64,000 bases of DNA from Mobula hypostoma (lineage: Eukaryota), in the NCBI RefSeq assembly GCF_963921235.1, contig NC_086109.1, positions 19,656,001 to 19,720,000 of the forward strand, read 5' to 3'. The notes under the pieces are model-generated. The model did no database searches. It was not told the origin of the DNA and was given only the letters and a program-made list of their open reading frames with translations. Both the position numbers and the translations under genes were made by a program. This document shows positions 48,515-60,594 of the stretch, in pieces; positions within the stretch are counted from its first letter, which is position 1, and each line of letters begins with the position of its first letter.

Positions 48515-50298
48515 AGGATGCTCCACAGCTATGGTAGGTCTTGAACACTATCACCTCTTACAAAGTGGTACCAAGGAACATAGGTGATAACAAGGCTTCG
48601 CATCCATGAGCTCAATGCCTCTTATGCTCGCTTTGACTGTCAAAACACAGAGGAAGCTTTACAAAGCTTTGCCCTGTGATTTCAGTCTCTAAGGCCAATA
48701 TGAGAGTGTCCTTTGAGAGGGTGAACCCATGGAAACCATCCGGCCGAGATGGGGCACCTGGCCAAGTACTAAAGACCTGCACTGATCAACTGGCTGGAGA
48801 GTTCACCGATACCTTTAACTCGCACTTCAGCAGTCTGAGGTGCCCACCTGCTTCAAACAGGCTTCAGTTACACAGGTACCTAAGAAGAACGTGGTAACCT
48901 GCCTCAAAGACTATCTTCCAGTAGCACTTTTGTCCACATGGTGAAGTGCTTTGAGAGGTTGGTGATGAAACGAATCAACTTCTGCCTGAGGAGCGACTTG
49001 GATCCACTCCAATTTGTCTACAAGTCCAATAGGCCCACAACAGATGCCATTTCATAGAATGTTCACTCAACCCTGAAACATCTGGACAGCAAAGCCTCAT
49101 ACATCTGGATGCTCTTTAACAACTACAGCTTGGCATTAAATACTATCAACCCCACAAAACTAATCAATAAGCTTCAAGACCTTGGCCTCAATACCTTCTT
49201 GTGCAATTGGATCCTCGATTTCCCCACTTGCAGACCCCAGTCAGTTTGGATTCCTTCACAATCTCCGTAGCTAATTACAGCTCCAATGTCATATTTATGT
49301 TTACGGATGACAGCACTGTCGTTGGTCAAATCAAAGGTGGTGGCGAATCAGCATATAGGAGGGAGATAGAAAATCTGGCTGACTGGTGCCATAGCAACAG
49401 CCTCTCACTCAATGTCAGCAAGACCAAGAAACTGATTATTGACTTCAGGAGGAGGAAATCGGAGGTCCATGAGCCAGCGCTTATCAGGGGATCAGAGGTG
49501 GAGAGCATCGGTATCTTTAAATTACTCAGTGTTATCATTTCAGGGGATCTGAACTGGGCCCAGCACATAAGTACAATTCTGCAGAAAGCATAGTAGTGCA
49601 TCTACTTTCTTAGAAGTTTGCAAAGATTCACCATAACATCTAAAACTTTGACAAACTTCTATAGATGTGTGATGGCAAGTGTATTGACTGGTGGCATCAC
49701 ATTCTGGTATGGAAATACCAATGACCTTGGACAGAAAAATCTTCAAAAAGAAGTAGATATAGGCCAGTCCATCACTTATAAAACCCTCCCCACCATCGAG
49801 CACATCTACATGGAATGCTGTCCCGGAAAACCAGCATCCATCATCAAAAGCCCCCACCACTTTGGCTCTCTTCTCACTGCTGCCATCAGGAAGAAGGTAC
49901 AGGAGCCTTAGAACCTACATAACCAGGTTCAGGAGCTATTACCCCCTCAACCATCAGGCTCTTGAACCGGTGGGGATAACTTCAACTAACTTCACTTGCC
50001 CCATCACTGAACTGTTCTGACAACTTATGGACTCACTTTCAAGGACTCTTCATCTCATGTTCTCAATATTTATTGCTTATTCATTTATTATTTTTTTCTT
50101 TTGTAATTGCACAGTTTGTTGTCTTTTCAACATTGGTTGTTTGTCCGTCCTGTTGGCTGCGGCCTTTCATTGATTCTGTTGTGTTTTTCAGATTTTCAAA
50201 GTATGCCCGCGAGAAAACGAATCGCAGGATTGTATATGATGACATAATGTTATATAATGTATATGATGACATATGTTAATGAATTTACTTTGTACTTA
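48515..50298 (+). mobile_element. Rex1/Babar LINE, decayed RT to 3' UTR
   Basis: FERVNPWKPSGRDG..VLKTCTDQLAGEFTD; FTDDSTVVG..YRREIENLADWC..LNVSKTKKLIIDFRR; LTNFYRCV. Confidence 0.92.
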
Positions 50299-50319
50299 CT
50301 GTGGTACTTTGTATGTATA

Positions 50320-50620
50320 GATGTGTGGCCAAGTGGTTAAGGCGTCGGTCTAGTGATCTGAAGGTCGCTAGTTCGAGCCTCAGCTGAAGCAGCGTCCTGT
50401 ATCCTTGAGCAAGGCACTTAACCACATATTGCTCTGTGATGACACTGGTGCCAAGCTGTATTGGCCCTAGTGCCCTTCCCTTGGACAACATCGGAGTTGT
50501 GAAGAGGAGAGACTTGCAGCATGGGCAACTGGCGGTCTTCCATACAACCTTGCCCAGGCTGCGCCCTGGAAACCTTCCTAGGCACAAATACATGGTCTCA
50601 TGAGACTAACAGATGCTTAT
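50320..50620 (+). mobile_element. tRNA-CORE-RTE-tail SINE, copy 2
   Basis: gtggccaagtggttaaggcg, agttcgagcc, atccttgagcaaggcacttaacc. Confidence 0.8.
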
Positions 50621-50654
50621 ACGTATATGTGTGAAGAAAGAAAGGGAAAAGTAC

Positions 50655-51550
50655 TAGTCATAGTCATAGTCGTACTTTATTGATCCTGAGGGAAATTGGT
50701 TTTCGTTACAGTTGCATCATAAATAATAAATAGTAATAAAACCATAAATAGTTAAATAGTAATATGTAAATTATGCCAGGAAATAAGTCCAGGAACAGCC
50801 TATTGGCTCAGGGTGTCTGACCCTCCAAGGGAGGAGTTGTAAAGTTTGATGGCCACAGGCAGGAAAGACTTCCTAAGACACTCTGTGTTGCATCTCGGTG
50901 GAATGAGTCTCTGGCTGAATGTACTCCTGTGCCTAACCAGTACATTATGTAGTGGATGCGAGACATTGTCCAAGATGGCATGCAACTTGGACAGCATCCT
51001 CTTTTCAGACACCACCGTCAGAGAGTCCAGTTCCATCCCCACAACATCACTGGCCTTACAAATGAGTTTGTTGATTCTGTTGGTGTCTGCTACCCTCAGC
51101 CTGCTGCCCCAGCACACAACAGCAAACATGATTGCACTGGCCACCACAGACTCGTAGAACATCCTCAGCATCGTCCGGCAGATGTTAAAGGACCTCAGTC
51201 TCCTCAGGAAATAGAAACGGCTCTGACCCTTCTTGTAGATAACCTCAATGTTCTTTGACCAGTCCAGTTTATTGTCAATTCGTATCCCCAGGTATTTGTA
51301 ATCCCCCACCATGTCCACACTGACCCCCTGGATGGAAACATGGGTCACTGGTGCCTTAGCCCTCCTCAGGTCTACCACCAGCTCCTTAGTCTTTTTCACA
51401 TTAAGCTGCAGATAATTCTGCTCACACCATGTGACAAAGTTTCCTACCATAGTCCTGTACTCAGCCTCATCTCCCTTGCTGAAGCATCCAACTATGGCAG
51501 AGTCATCCAAAAACTTCTGAAGATGACAAGACTCTGTGCAGTAGTTGAAG
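50655..51550 (-). mobile_element. young Rex1 LINE, 5'-truncated, with uninterrupted RT C-terminal frame
   Basis: ORF 50800..51576 HLQKFLDDSAIVGC..LNVKKTKELVVD..YKYLG..KKGQSRFYFLRRLRSF..SFLPVAIKLYN; tail catagtcgtactttattgatcctgagggaaatt. Confidence 0.92.
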
Positions 51551-52120
51551 GTAGTGTTCATGAGTTCATTGTCCATCTGATGGCTGTAGGGAAGAAGCTG
51601 TTCCTAAAACATCAGTGTGCATCTTCAGGCTCCTGTATCTCCTTCCTGAGAAGATGGCATGTCACAGATGGTGAAGGTCCTTAACGATGGATGCCGCCTT
51701 CTTGAGACATCACCTTTTGAAGATGTCCTTGATGGTGGGGAGGAGCGTCCCACATGATAGAGCCGGTTGAGTCTACAATACTCTGCATCTTCCTTTGATT
51801 CTGCATATTGGAGCCTCCATAGCAACCGGTGAAGCAACCAATCTGAATAATCTCCACAGTACATCTGCAGGAATTTGCTAGAGTTTTTGGTGACATACCA
51901 AATCTCTTCAAGCTGCTAAAGTATGGCCACAGATGTACCTTCAGTGTGATTGCATTAATATGTTTGGGTCAAGATAGAGCCTCTGAGATATTGTCATCCA
52001 GGAGCTTGTAGTCACTCACTCTTTCAACTGCTGACCCTTCAATGAGGACTCATATGGGTTCTCTTAACTTCCCCTTCCTGAAGTTCGCAATCAATTCCTT
52101 TGACATGCTGGCCTTAAGTG
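51551..52120 (-). mobile_element. older Rex1-like LINE fragment
   Basis: KRFGMSPKTLANSCRCTVEII. Confidence 0.8.
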
Positions 52121-52319
52121 GTTGCAGTAACAATTCACCTCAGAGTAGAAGACGTTGAGTCCCACCGACATGTGAGGCTGTGGTTTTCACTTTTACATTG
52201 TAAAAGGAGTGATTATATCAAGGATTGATTAGAAAGTGATGAGAAGTGGTTAGTGGGATTGGAGAACGGGAAATTGTTCACATGGGTTTTGACACAAATC
52301 CATGGCCAAATCCTTCTCT

Positions 52320-52355
52320 GACTGCTGATGAAGGATCTTTGGCCTGAAATGGTCA
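52320..52355 (+). ncRNA. hammerhead ribozyme core (isolated pLTR remnant)
   Basis: CTGATGA-AGG ATCTTTGG CCT-GAAA-TGGTC; core intact, stem I poor. Confidence 0.45.
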
Positions 52356-52389
52356 ATATCTCTCTCTCTCTCACAAAAACAAAAAAAAA

Positions 52390-52607
52390 ATCTGCTGGAA
52401 GAATTCAACAGGTTGAGCAGCATCTACGAGGGGTGATTGATAAGTTTGTGGCCTAAGGTAGAAGGAGGTATGGGGGGATTAATCCAGATACAGGGTTTTA
52501 ACCCAAAGCATTGACAATTCCTTTCCATTCACAGATGCCGTTTAACCTGCTGAGTTCCTCCAGCAGTTTGTTTCTTGTTCAAGATTTGAGCATCCACAGT
52601 CTCATGT
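52390..52607. mobile_element. Penelope pLTR-derived palindromic element with embedded mariner-like end
   Basis: tctgctggaagaattcaacagg / cctgctgagttcctccagcag arms; ta|cgaggggtgattgataagtt at 52425-52446. Confidence 0.6.
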
Positions 52608-52984
52608 GCCTCTACTCTCACTCGCTCTCCCCATCTGCTGCCAGTCATACTGAATGCTTCCAGCATTCTGATTTCATTCAAGAATTCTGTCATCTGCAGT
52701 ATTTTGCTTTTGTACTTAGTAGAAATAACAAATTGAATGAATATGTTTCACAAAAATACGGTCCTGATTTCCTCCCCAAGGCCTTCTCAAATGCGATATT
52801 CACCCAGTGCTTGCTAACAAAGCTGAACAGGAATCGTGCCACAACCACCCCCCCAACCCCATAAAAGGGCATTGAGACAATTGTTGAAAGTCTGACCCCT
52901 CCAAGATGGTGATACTTAGAAATTGCACCATGGAAACAGAGTACATGGCCCAAATGGTCTCTGTTGGTTGGTAATTTTTTTTAA

Positions 52985-53222
52985 GTTTTTATTTGTTTTA
53001 ATTAAGATATACGGCATGGTAACTGGCCTATCGAGGCCATCCCACCCAATTACACCCATGTGACCAATTAACCTATTAACCCATACATCTTTGGAATGTG
53101 GGAAGAAACTGGAGCACCTTCAGGAAATCAATGTGCTCATTGTACAAACTCCTTACAGACATGAGTGGTAATTGAACCCAGGTCACTAGTGTTCCGCTAA
53201 CCTCTGTACTACTGTGCTGCCA
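52985..53222 (-). mobile_element. V-SINE
   Basis: gaccaattaacctattaaccc..gtgggaagaaactggagcac..aattgaaccc. Confidence 0.7.
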
Positions 53223-53229
53223 CTTGTAG

Positions 53230-53565
53230 GATCATAGAGTAATGCAATATGGAAACAGGCTTTAAAGACCATTGAATTCACACTGGTTGGTAAGCACCAT
53301 TTTATGATCATCCAATTATATTCTTCCCATATTCCCATCAAATCCATCATTATCCTGCCACTCACCTGCACAATGGAAATAACTTACAGTGGCCAATTAA
53401 CTTGCCAATTCACACTTCTTCAGGAGGTGGGAGGGAACTGGAGAACCCAGGGGAAACCCACCGATTCACAGGGGGAACGTGCAAACTCCACAGAGTCAGC
53501 ACCAGAGGTCAGGATTGAACCCTGGTCACTGGAACTGAGAGGCAGCAGCTCTGTTACCTGCCATT
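53230..53565 (-). mobile_element. V-SINE with CR1-type tail
   Basis: gggagggaactggagaacccaggggaaaccc..aacgtgcaaactccacag..ggattgaaccc. Confidence 0.7.
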
Positions 53566-54452
53566 ATGTCCAAAATGGTGGGCAGGAAATAAGCCACTTT
53601 TGTTTTTGATAGCCTGTGGAACACTCTGTCAGAGAGTTGGAAAGATTACAGGAGAAGCCCTTTGTAATTGTTGAAATGTGCTATCTCCCATCAGGAGGCT
53701 GCCAAGGGTTGAATTAGCCTTTTGTTAGGTCCACAAGTATCAGCATTCATGAAAAACCAAAGCTGATAATCGCACATCACTCACCCTAACCCTAATGCGT
53801 GAATCTTTTACAAGATGGCACTGGAGCTCAGTAACTCATTGCAAGCTTCTCCGAACAAATCTCCTCATTATCTCTAGTATAATCATTTTCTACCTCAATG
53901 CACTGCGTAATGAATTGATCTGTATGCAAGACAAGCTTTTCACTGGATCAGTACATGTGACAATAATAATAAACCAATATAGCAACACATCAATAAACCT
54001 TCCCCCACATCTCTTCAACCTTTTACCTTTCTTTCTTTCCAATGAAACCATCAGTCTTTACATTTTTGATTCTCAAGCGTTAACCCTGGAAATGAAATCC
54101 ACCAAGCAAATGCATTGAACAAGCTCACAAGTCACAAGGAAATCTGAAAAATAACTGCAGAATCTGGAAATCTGAAATAAAAACCAATAAAGATGGAAAC
54201 ACTCAGCAGGTCGGGGAGCATCTGTAGAGAGAGGAACTGTTAGCTTTTTAGATCCATGACCCTTTATCACAACATGGAAGTCTTATGTTTCATCTTGTGG
54301 TCATGACCCCTCAACTACTGCACCTTACTTGTCCTTTCATTGATCTAAGAACATGTTCCCCCAGGTATTATCTGCCAAGTTCCAAAGACTGATCAGATCT
54401 CTGAGAATTGAAGAACAATTTCAAAATGACAATGGGAAAATAACACTAATTA

Positions 54453-55228
54453 CACTGGACAACAATTGTTTTTGAAAATGTTGCTTCCTCAGAAGTCTCT
54501 TTTGTTTATGATAGACCACTTGAAACACTACTTGTATCACTTAGGAATTTGGAGAAACACAAGTTGACTTTTATTGAATATAATGTGCTTAATTGCTATA
54601 AGACCATAAGACGGTGCTAATGCTTTGCAATAGTTCAACAAAGCTAAAAATGTTTTGTTGATGATTTTCATTTGTGCTCAGTGTCTGAGGCTTCTCGCTT
54701 AAATGTCCAGCATTGCTGGATTCCAGTTGCCCTGATACCACTTTTCCATGACCGCAATGTCCTGATGAAACCTTTCACCATGCTCGTCACTGACAGTGCC
54801 AGGATTTGCAGGGAAGAAGTCTAAATGGGAATGCAGAAAATGAATCTTTAGTGGCACGTTGCACTGCATGGTTTAGAGTATTTGAAGCATGTTGTCAACC
54901 AGCTGCAAATAGTTCTGTGCTTTGTAGTTGCCAAGAAAATCTCAGCAACATCTTTGAATGCCTTCCATGCAATTTTCTCTGGTCCCAGTAGAAGTTCTTT
55001 GAATTGCCTGTCATTGATGACTTGTTTGACTTGTGAACCAACAAAAACTCCTTCTTTAATCTTATCATCTGTTATTCTGACTTGAATTATGAATTGAAAT
55101 AACAAATACGTGATTTTTAAAAATGGTTCATGATAGGAAAATTTCATGGCGATTTTCATGATCAGCAGCCCAAAATCCATAAGCTGCAATCAAATGTATT
55201 CAGCGAGCAAAATGTTTGTTGTCCAGTG
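54453..55228 (-). mobile_element. internally deleted Chapaev3-like DNA transposon
   Basis: TIRs cactggacaacaa / ttgttgtccagtg, flanks tta / cta; rc reads KIKEGVFVGSQVKQ..EKIAWKAFKDV..LKIHFLHSHLDFFPANPGTVSDEHGERFHQDIAVMEKWYQG. Confidence 0.8.
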
Positions 55229-55369
55229 CTATGTTTGGTTAAAAAAAATTGGCCCTGAGCCACATGAGGATATGTATGCATGGCTGACCATCAGTTTGAC
55301 CAAAAATCAAAATTTACTGTCAGTTTGGAAAAAGAGCCAAACCACTGAGGATGAGAACTGGTGCTCCCA

Positions 55370-55945
55370 ACCTCCAAGGTCAGTGAGATCTCGCGGGATC
55401 AACAGGATCGGAAATCCACGCAGGGCAGGAGGTATGAGGCCAGTAACACCCCAGTCAGTGAGTCAATGAGCCTGGAGTTTGGGATCCCATCGTCGGCAAG
55501 GACTGGAGTCGACACCGAAGATCAAAGTCTAAAGTTGGATCAGGAGTCTAAAAGTTAAGGACCGATGGCAGAAGTCTTGGGTCGGCGAGTCTGCAAGTCC
55601 ACCGGGGAAGTCGTAATCCAATGTCTGCAAGCCCGCAAGCCTAATGGAGGCTGATGGCCCACCCTGTCCTGCACTTGGAGGACAGTCTGGGTGTGTGAGT
55701 GGGTGGGTGGGTGGGTGGATAGGAGGGAAGAAAGTGAGAGGACTGTATTGCTCTTACAATTTTGTTGTTGCTGCTCTGATGAGTATTGTGGGCCTGCTAT
55801 GTTAGAGAGGAATGTATGGCAACACTTGTAGGCTGCCACCCACCCCCACCCCAGCACATCCTTACGTTGTGTTGGTTGTTATTGCAAACAATGCATTTCA
55901 CCGTATGTTTTGATGGATCATACACATGATAAATAAATGAATCTA
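55370..55945 (+). mobile_element. non-autonomous retroposon sharing the 3' tail of the 6555-6862 SINE
   Basis: tgctatgtt..atggcaacacttgtaggctgcc..caaacaatgcatttcaccgtatgtttt..ataaataaatgaatct; 5' boundary uncertain. Confidence 0.5.
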
Positions 55946-55954
55946 AGCTAGCAT

Positions 55955-56235
55955 CTTAAAAGAGAAGAGAGATGGAGGGGGAAGAAAGGCTTAAAAATGA
56001 ATAATCGATCTTAGGATGTAGAAGGATGAATGCGTCTGACAGACTCGGAATGTGCAAAACTCCACAGAGGGGAATTGGCAGGGGCCTGTGAAGGCTGGAG
56101 AGGTTACAAAAATGGGAATGATAAATGACTGTGGAGAGATTTTCAGTATATGATGACAGTTTTAAAATTGTGTTGTTGCAATGAGAGCCAATATAGGTCA
56201 GCAAGCGCAACGCAGTGTGACCACTGCATGGCACA
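55955..56235 (-). mobile_element. old L2 LINE 3' fragment
   Basis: rc reads VALADLYWLSLQQHNFKTVII (L2 LHWLP..FK motif). Confidence 0.55.
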
Positions 56236-56689
56236 GGGTCCACTGCCCAATGTCCTCATCATAGCAATGATCACAAATACTTTTACTCTTCGGAATTTTA
56301 AAAACACTCTTCCACTCTGTGCTCCCTGGAATTGCAATGATGTGCACACGCCCTCTACTGTAGAGAGAGCTACAGTCAGTTCACACCACAGACACTTTAA
56401 GTATTAGAGTCAGAGTGTCATAAATTAATACAGCACAGGCCCTTTGGCCAAACTAGTCCACGCTGAACACAGTATCTTCCACCTTTTATGCTATCATCAT
56501 TATTTTGTCCCTGTCTAATTAGCTGTGAGTCACTTCCATTAGTATTAAGACCTTGTGTTCAGAAGCATACATGCCAGCAAAGCTAACATTATAGGAGCAT
56601 CACCTCTAGAGTGGAAACTGGTGGGTGTGTATCATTTAACATGGGAATGGACACAACATCTACATACATATTTGCCAGACATCCTTGCC

Positions 56690-56855
56690 ATCTGAATCAG
56701 AGAGCTGTTGTTTCCAGTTCCACTCCAGACATCTGAACACCAAACCCTGGACTGATTGTCCAGCTCTGCTGGCTCTCTGTACATCTGGCCTCAGATGAGA
56801 TGTTAAATTAAGGACATCTTGTTCTGCTGGACCTCTTCATTGTTGAACAAAAGAG
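56690..56855 (+). mobile_element. ancient Deu-domain SINE remnant
   Basis: tctgaatcagag..ccactccagac..tcagatgagatgttaaa. Confidence 0.45.
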
Positions 56856-56934
56856 GTGAGGGAGGGAAAGAGGGAGGTGGAAATGACCAAGACTCAATGA
56901 TAGTGAGACATCTAAAATCATTGGTACCTTGCTT

Positions 56935-59530
56935 GACATAGGATCAGAAGATGTAGAATCCCTGTGAGTAAAGTTAAGAAACTACAAAAGTAAAAAGACC
57001 CTGATAGGAGTTACATACAAGCCTCCAAATAATAGCCAGGATGTGGGATACAAATTACAGCAAGAAACAGAAAAGGCATGTAAAAAGGGCAACGTTATGA
57101 TAGTCACTGGAGATTTCAATTTACAGGTAAATTGGGAAAACCAGGTTGGTGCTAGTTCCCAAGAGAGGGAATTTGTAGAATGCCTGTGAGGTGGCTTTCT
57201 AGAGCAACTTGTCATTGAGCCCACTGGGGGAAAGGCAATTCTGGATTGGATGCCGTGTAATGAATCAGAGTTGATAAGCGACCTTAAGGTAAAGAAATCC
57301 TTAGGAGGCAGTGGTCATACTATGATTGAATTCACCCTGCAGTCTGAGGGTGAGAAGGTAAAGTTAGATGTATTAGCATTACAGTGGAGTAAAGGGAATT
57401 ACAGAAGCATGAGTGAGGAGCTGGCCAAAGTTGACTGGAAGGCGGCAGTAGCAGGGATGACAGCAGAACAGCAATGGCTGCAGTTTCTGGGGGCTATGCA
57501 GAAGGTGCAGGATACATACATCCCAAAGATGAAGTATCCTAAAGGGAGGATAAGGAAACTTTGGTGGACAAGGCAAGTCAAAGACAGCATAAAAGCAAAA
57601 GAGATGGCACATAATATAGCAAAAATTAGTGGGAGGTTAGAGGATTAGGAAGCTTTGAAAAACCAACAGAAGTGAACTAAAAAAAAAGCCAAAAGGAGAG
57701 AAAAGATTAAATATGAAGGTAAGTTAGCCAATAATATAAAAGAGGATACCATATGCTTTTCAAATATAGAGAGTAAAAGAATGATAAGAGTGGATATTGG
57801 ACCGGTGGAAAATGATGCCGGAGAGGTAGTAATGGAGCACAAAGAGATGACGGCCAAGCTGAATAAGTATTTTGCATCAGTTCCACTATGGAACACATTA
57901 ACAGTTTGCCTGAAATGCGAGAGAGTCAAGGAGCAGAAGTGAGTGTTGTTCCTATTACTAAGGAGAAGATGCTTGGGGAGATGAAAGGTCTGAAGGTAGA
58001 TCAGTCACCTGGACCAGATAGATACACCACAGGGTTCTAAAGAGGTGGCTAAAGAGATTATGGAGGCATTAGTAATGATCTCAAGAATGCCTAGATTTTG
58101 GAAGGTTCCAAAGGACCAGAAAATTGTGAATGTCACTGCACTCTTTAAGAAGAGAAGGAGGCAGAAGAGAGGAAATTATAGCCAGTTGCCTGACTTCAGT
58201 GGTTGAGACGATGTTGCAGTCTGTTACTGAGGATGAGATTTCGGGGTATTTGGAGGCACATGATAAAATAAGCCAAAGTCTGCATAGTTTCCTTAAGTGG
58301 AAATCTTGTCTGGCAAATCTGTTGGAATTCTTTGAGGAAATAACAGAGTGAATAGACAAAGGAAAGTCAGTGGATGGTTGTGTACTTGGATTTTCAGAAG
58401 GCCTTTGACAAGGTGCTGCTCACGAGGCTGCTTAATAAGAAAAGAGTCCATGGTTTTACAGGGGAGATACTAACAAGGACAGAAAAATGCTGACTGGTAG
58501 GAGGCGAAGGGTGGGAATAAAAGGAGCCTTTTCTGGTTGGCTGCCGGTGACTAGTGGTGTTCTGCAGGATTTGGTGTTGCAATGAATTCCTTTTACATTA
58601 TATGTCAATGATTTGAATGATAGAATTAATGGCTTCTTAGCTAAGGTAGCGATAACTCAAAGATAGGTGAAGGGCAAGTAGCACTGAGGAAGCAGAGAGT
58701 TTATAGAGGACTTAAGCAGATTGGGAGAATGGTCAAAGAAGTAGCAGATGGAATATGGTGTCAGGAAGTGGTCGAAAGAATAAAGGCATAGACTATTTTC
58801 CAAATGAAGAGAAAATTCAAAAATCAGATATGCAAAGGGACTTGGGAGTTTTTGTGTTAATTTGTAGGTTGAGTCAGTGTAGAGGAAAGCAGATGCAATG
58901 TTAGCATTCATTTTGATAGGACTAGAATATAAGAGCAAAGATGTAATGCTGAAGCTTTATAAGGCATTAGTCAGACTGCACTTGGAGTACTGTGAGTAGT
59001 TTTGGGCCTCATATCTAAAAAAAAAATGTGCTTGCATTAGAGAGGGTCCAGAGGAGCTTCACAGAATGACTCTGGGAATGATAGATATCATATGAGGACT
59101 GTTTGGTGGTTCTAGCCAGTACTTGCTGGAGCTTAGAAGAATGGGGGGAGGGGGATCTCATTGAAACCTATTAATTATTGAAAGGTCTGGACAGAGTGAA
59201 AGTGGAGAGGATGTTTCCTATAGGTTGGTGAATCTAGGACCAACTGGCAGAACCCCAGAATGGAGATGAGGAGGAATTTCTTTTGCCAGACGGTAGTGAA
59301 TCTGTGGAATTCATTGCCACAGCTGTCACTGGAGGCCATGTCATTGAGTAAAATGGAGGCTGATAGGTGCTTAGGTTCTTAATTAGTCAGAGCTTCAAAG
59401 GTTATAGGGATAGGCAGGAGAAAGGAGTTGAGAGGGATAATAAGTCACCCATGATGGAATGGAGGAGTAGATTTGATAGGTTAAGTGGCCTAATTCTGTT
59501 CCAAATGTATGTCTTATGGTCTTTATGGTC
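56935..59530 (+). mobile_element. long CR1 LINE, decayed ORF2 (APE + RT) to 3' end
   Basis: LIGVTYKPPN..IVTGDFNLQVNW; SLGGSGHTMIEF; KSCLANLLEFFEE; tacttggattttcagaaggcctttgacaaggtg (YLDFQKAFDKV); tail tcttatggtc. Confidence 0.93.
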
Positions 59531-59764
59531 TTATTTTAGTACTCAGTTTTCTGGAGTGGAGCACAAAATCACCACTTTCTTAGCGAGTGCTGACACAGAA
59601 TTTACCACCATTTCATATTCTATGTCAATTCTTAAAACCATTTGGTGTGTTGCTGACCTGTTTGCACTTTGCTGTGGAACCTTCCATAGTTTCAGGCTAG
59701 CTTTTGGATATTTCTTCAATAGCAGCTTGTTTTTTTTTGTTTGTTTTTGAAAATATCAGCTTAC

Positions 59765-60125
59765 ATGATAGAGTGTAAGATGATAAGAGGCATGGATGAG
59801 AGTGGACAACCAAAGGCTTTTTTTCCCAGGGCAGTAATGGCTTAAACAAGGGGCATAAATTTAAAGTGATTGGAAGATAGTATTGGTGGAATGTCAGATG
59901 TAGGTTTTTCACACAGAGAGCGATGGGTGTGTGGAGCAAGCTACCGGGTTGGAGGTAAAGACAAATACTTTAGAGTCATTTAAGAGACTTCTAAGGACAT
60001 GGATGAAAGAAAAATGGAGGATTACATGGGAAGGAAGGATTTGACTGATCTTAGAGTAGGTTAGAAGGTTGGCACATTGTCGGCTGAATAGCCCGTACTG
60101 TGCTGTATGTATAAACGTTCTATGT
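59765..60125 (+). mobile_element. CR1 LINE 3' fragment
   Basis: gatagagtgtaagatgataagaggc..gggcataaatttaaagtgattgga..gttctatgt. Confidence 0.8.
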
Positions 60126-60594
60126 ACATGAATTTAACCGTCTGACAAATATTGCTTACTCAGAGGACGCACTTTAAACTTTTATTTTCTTACTTAATTG
60201 AGATAGAATCACTGAATTTTATAAATAAATAACAACAACTTGGGAAAGTGTCTGAAACCCTTAGTGCCTAAACATCCAAGTACTGAACACGGCCTCGATG
60301 ACAGATTGGCTGCTGAACCTCACTGAACAGAAGATCCCAAGTTAATTCTCTGCTCTGTAATAAATTAATTGTTTTTAGTATGCTTGGACTTTTTGCTGTC
60401 AGGGAAGAGAGAAGGAAGGAGGGGAGTGGAAATGAGCAAGAATTTGTAATCCTGGCACCCATTCATTGACTCAACTTATATATAAGTTGTACAGATCACA
60501 GAAACAGGCTACTCTATCCTGCAGGTGTGTGTGCTGGTGCTCACATTCCACACAAGCATTCTCCTACCATTCTTCACCTAGCCCCGTCAACAAA

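Noticed and set aside
50800..51576. 258-aa ORF as a host gene
   Set aside because: It is the C-terminal part of a Rex1 reverse transcriptase with a LINE tail; the start codon comes from an adjacent element
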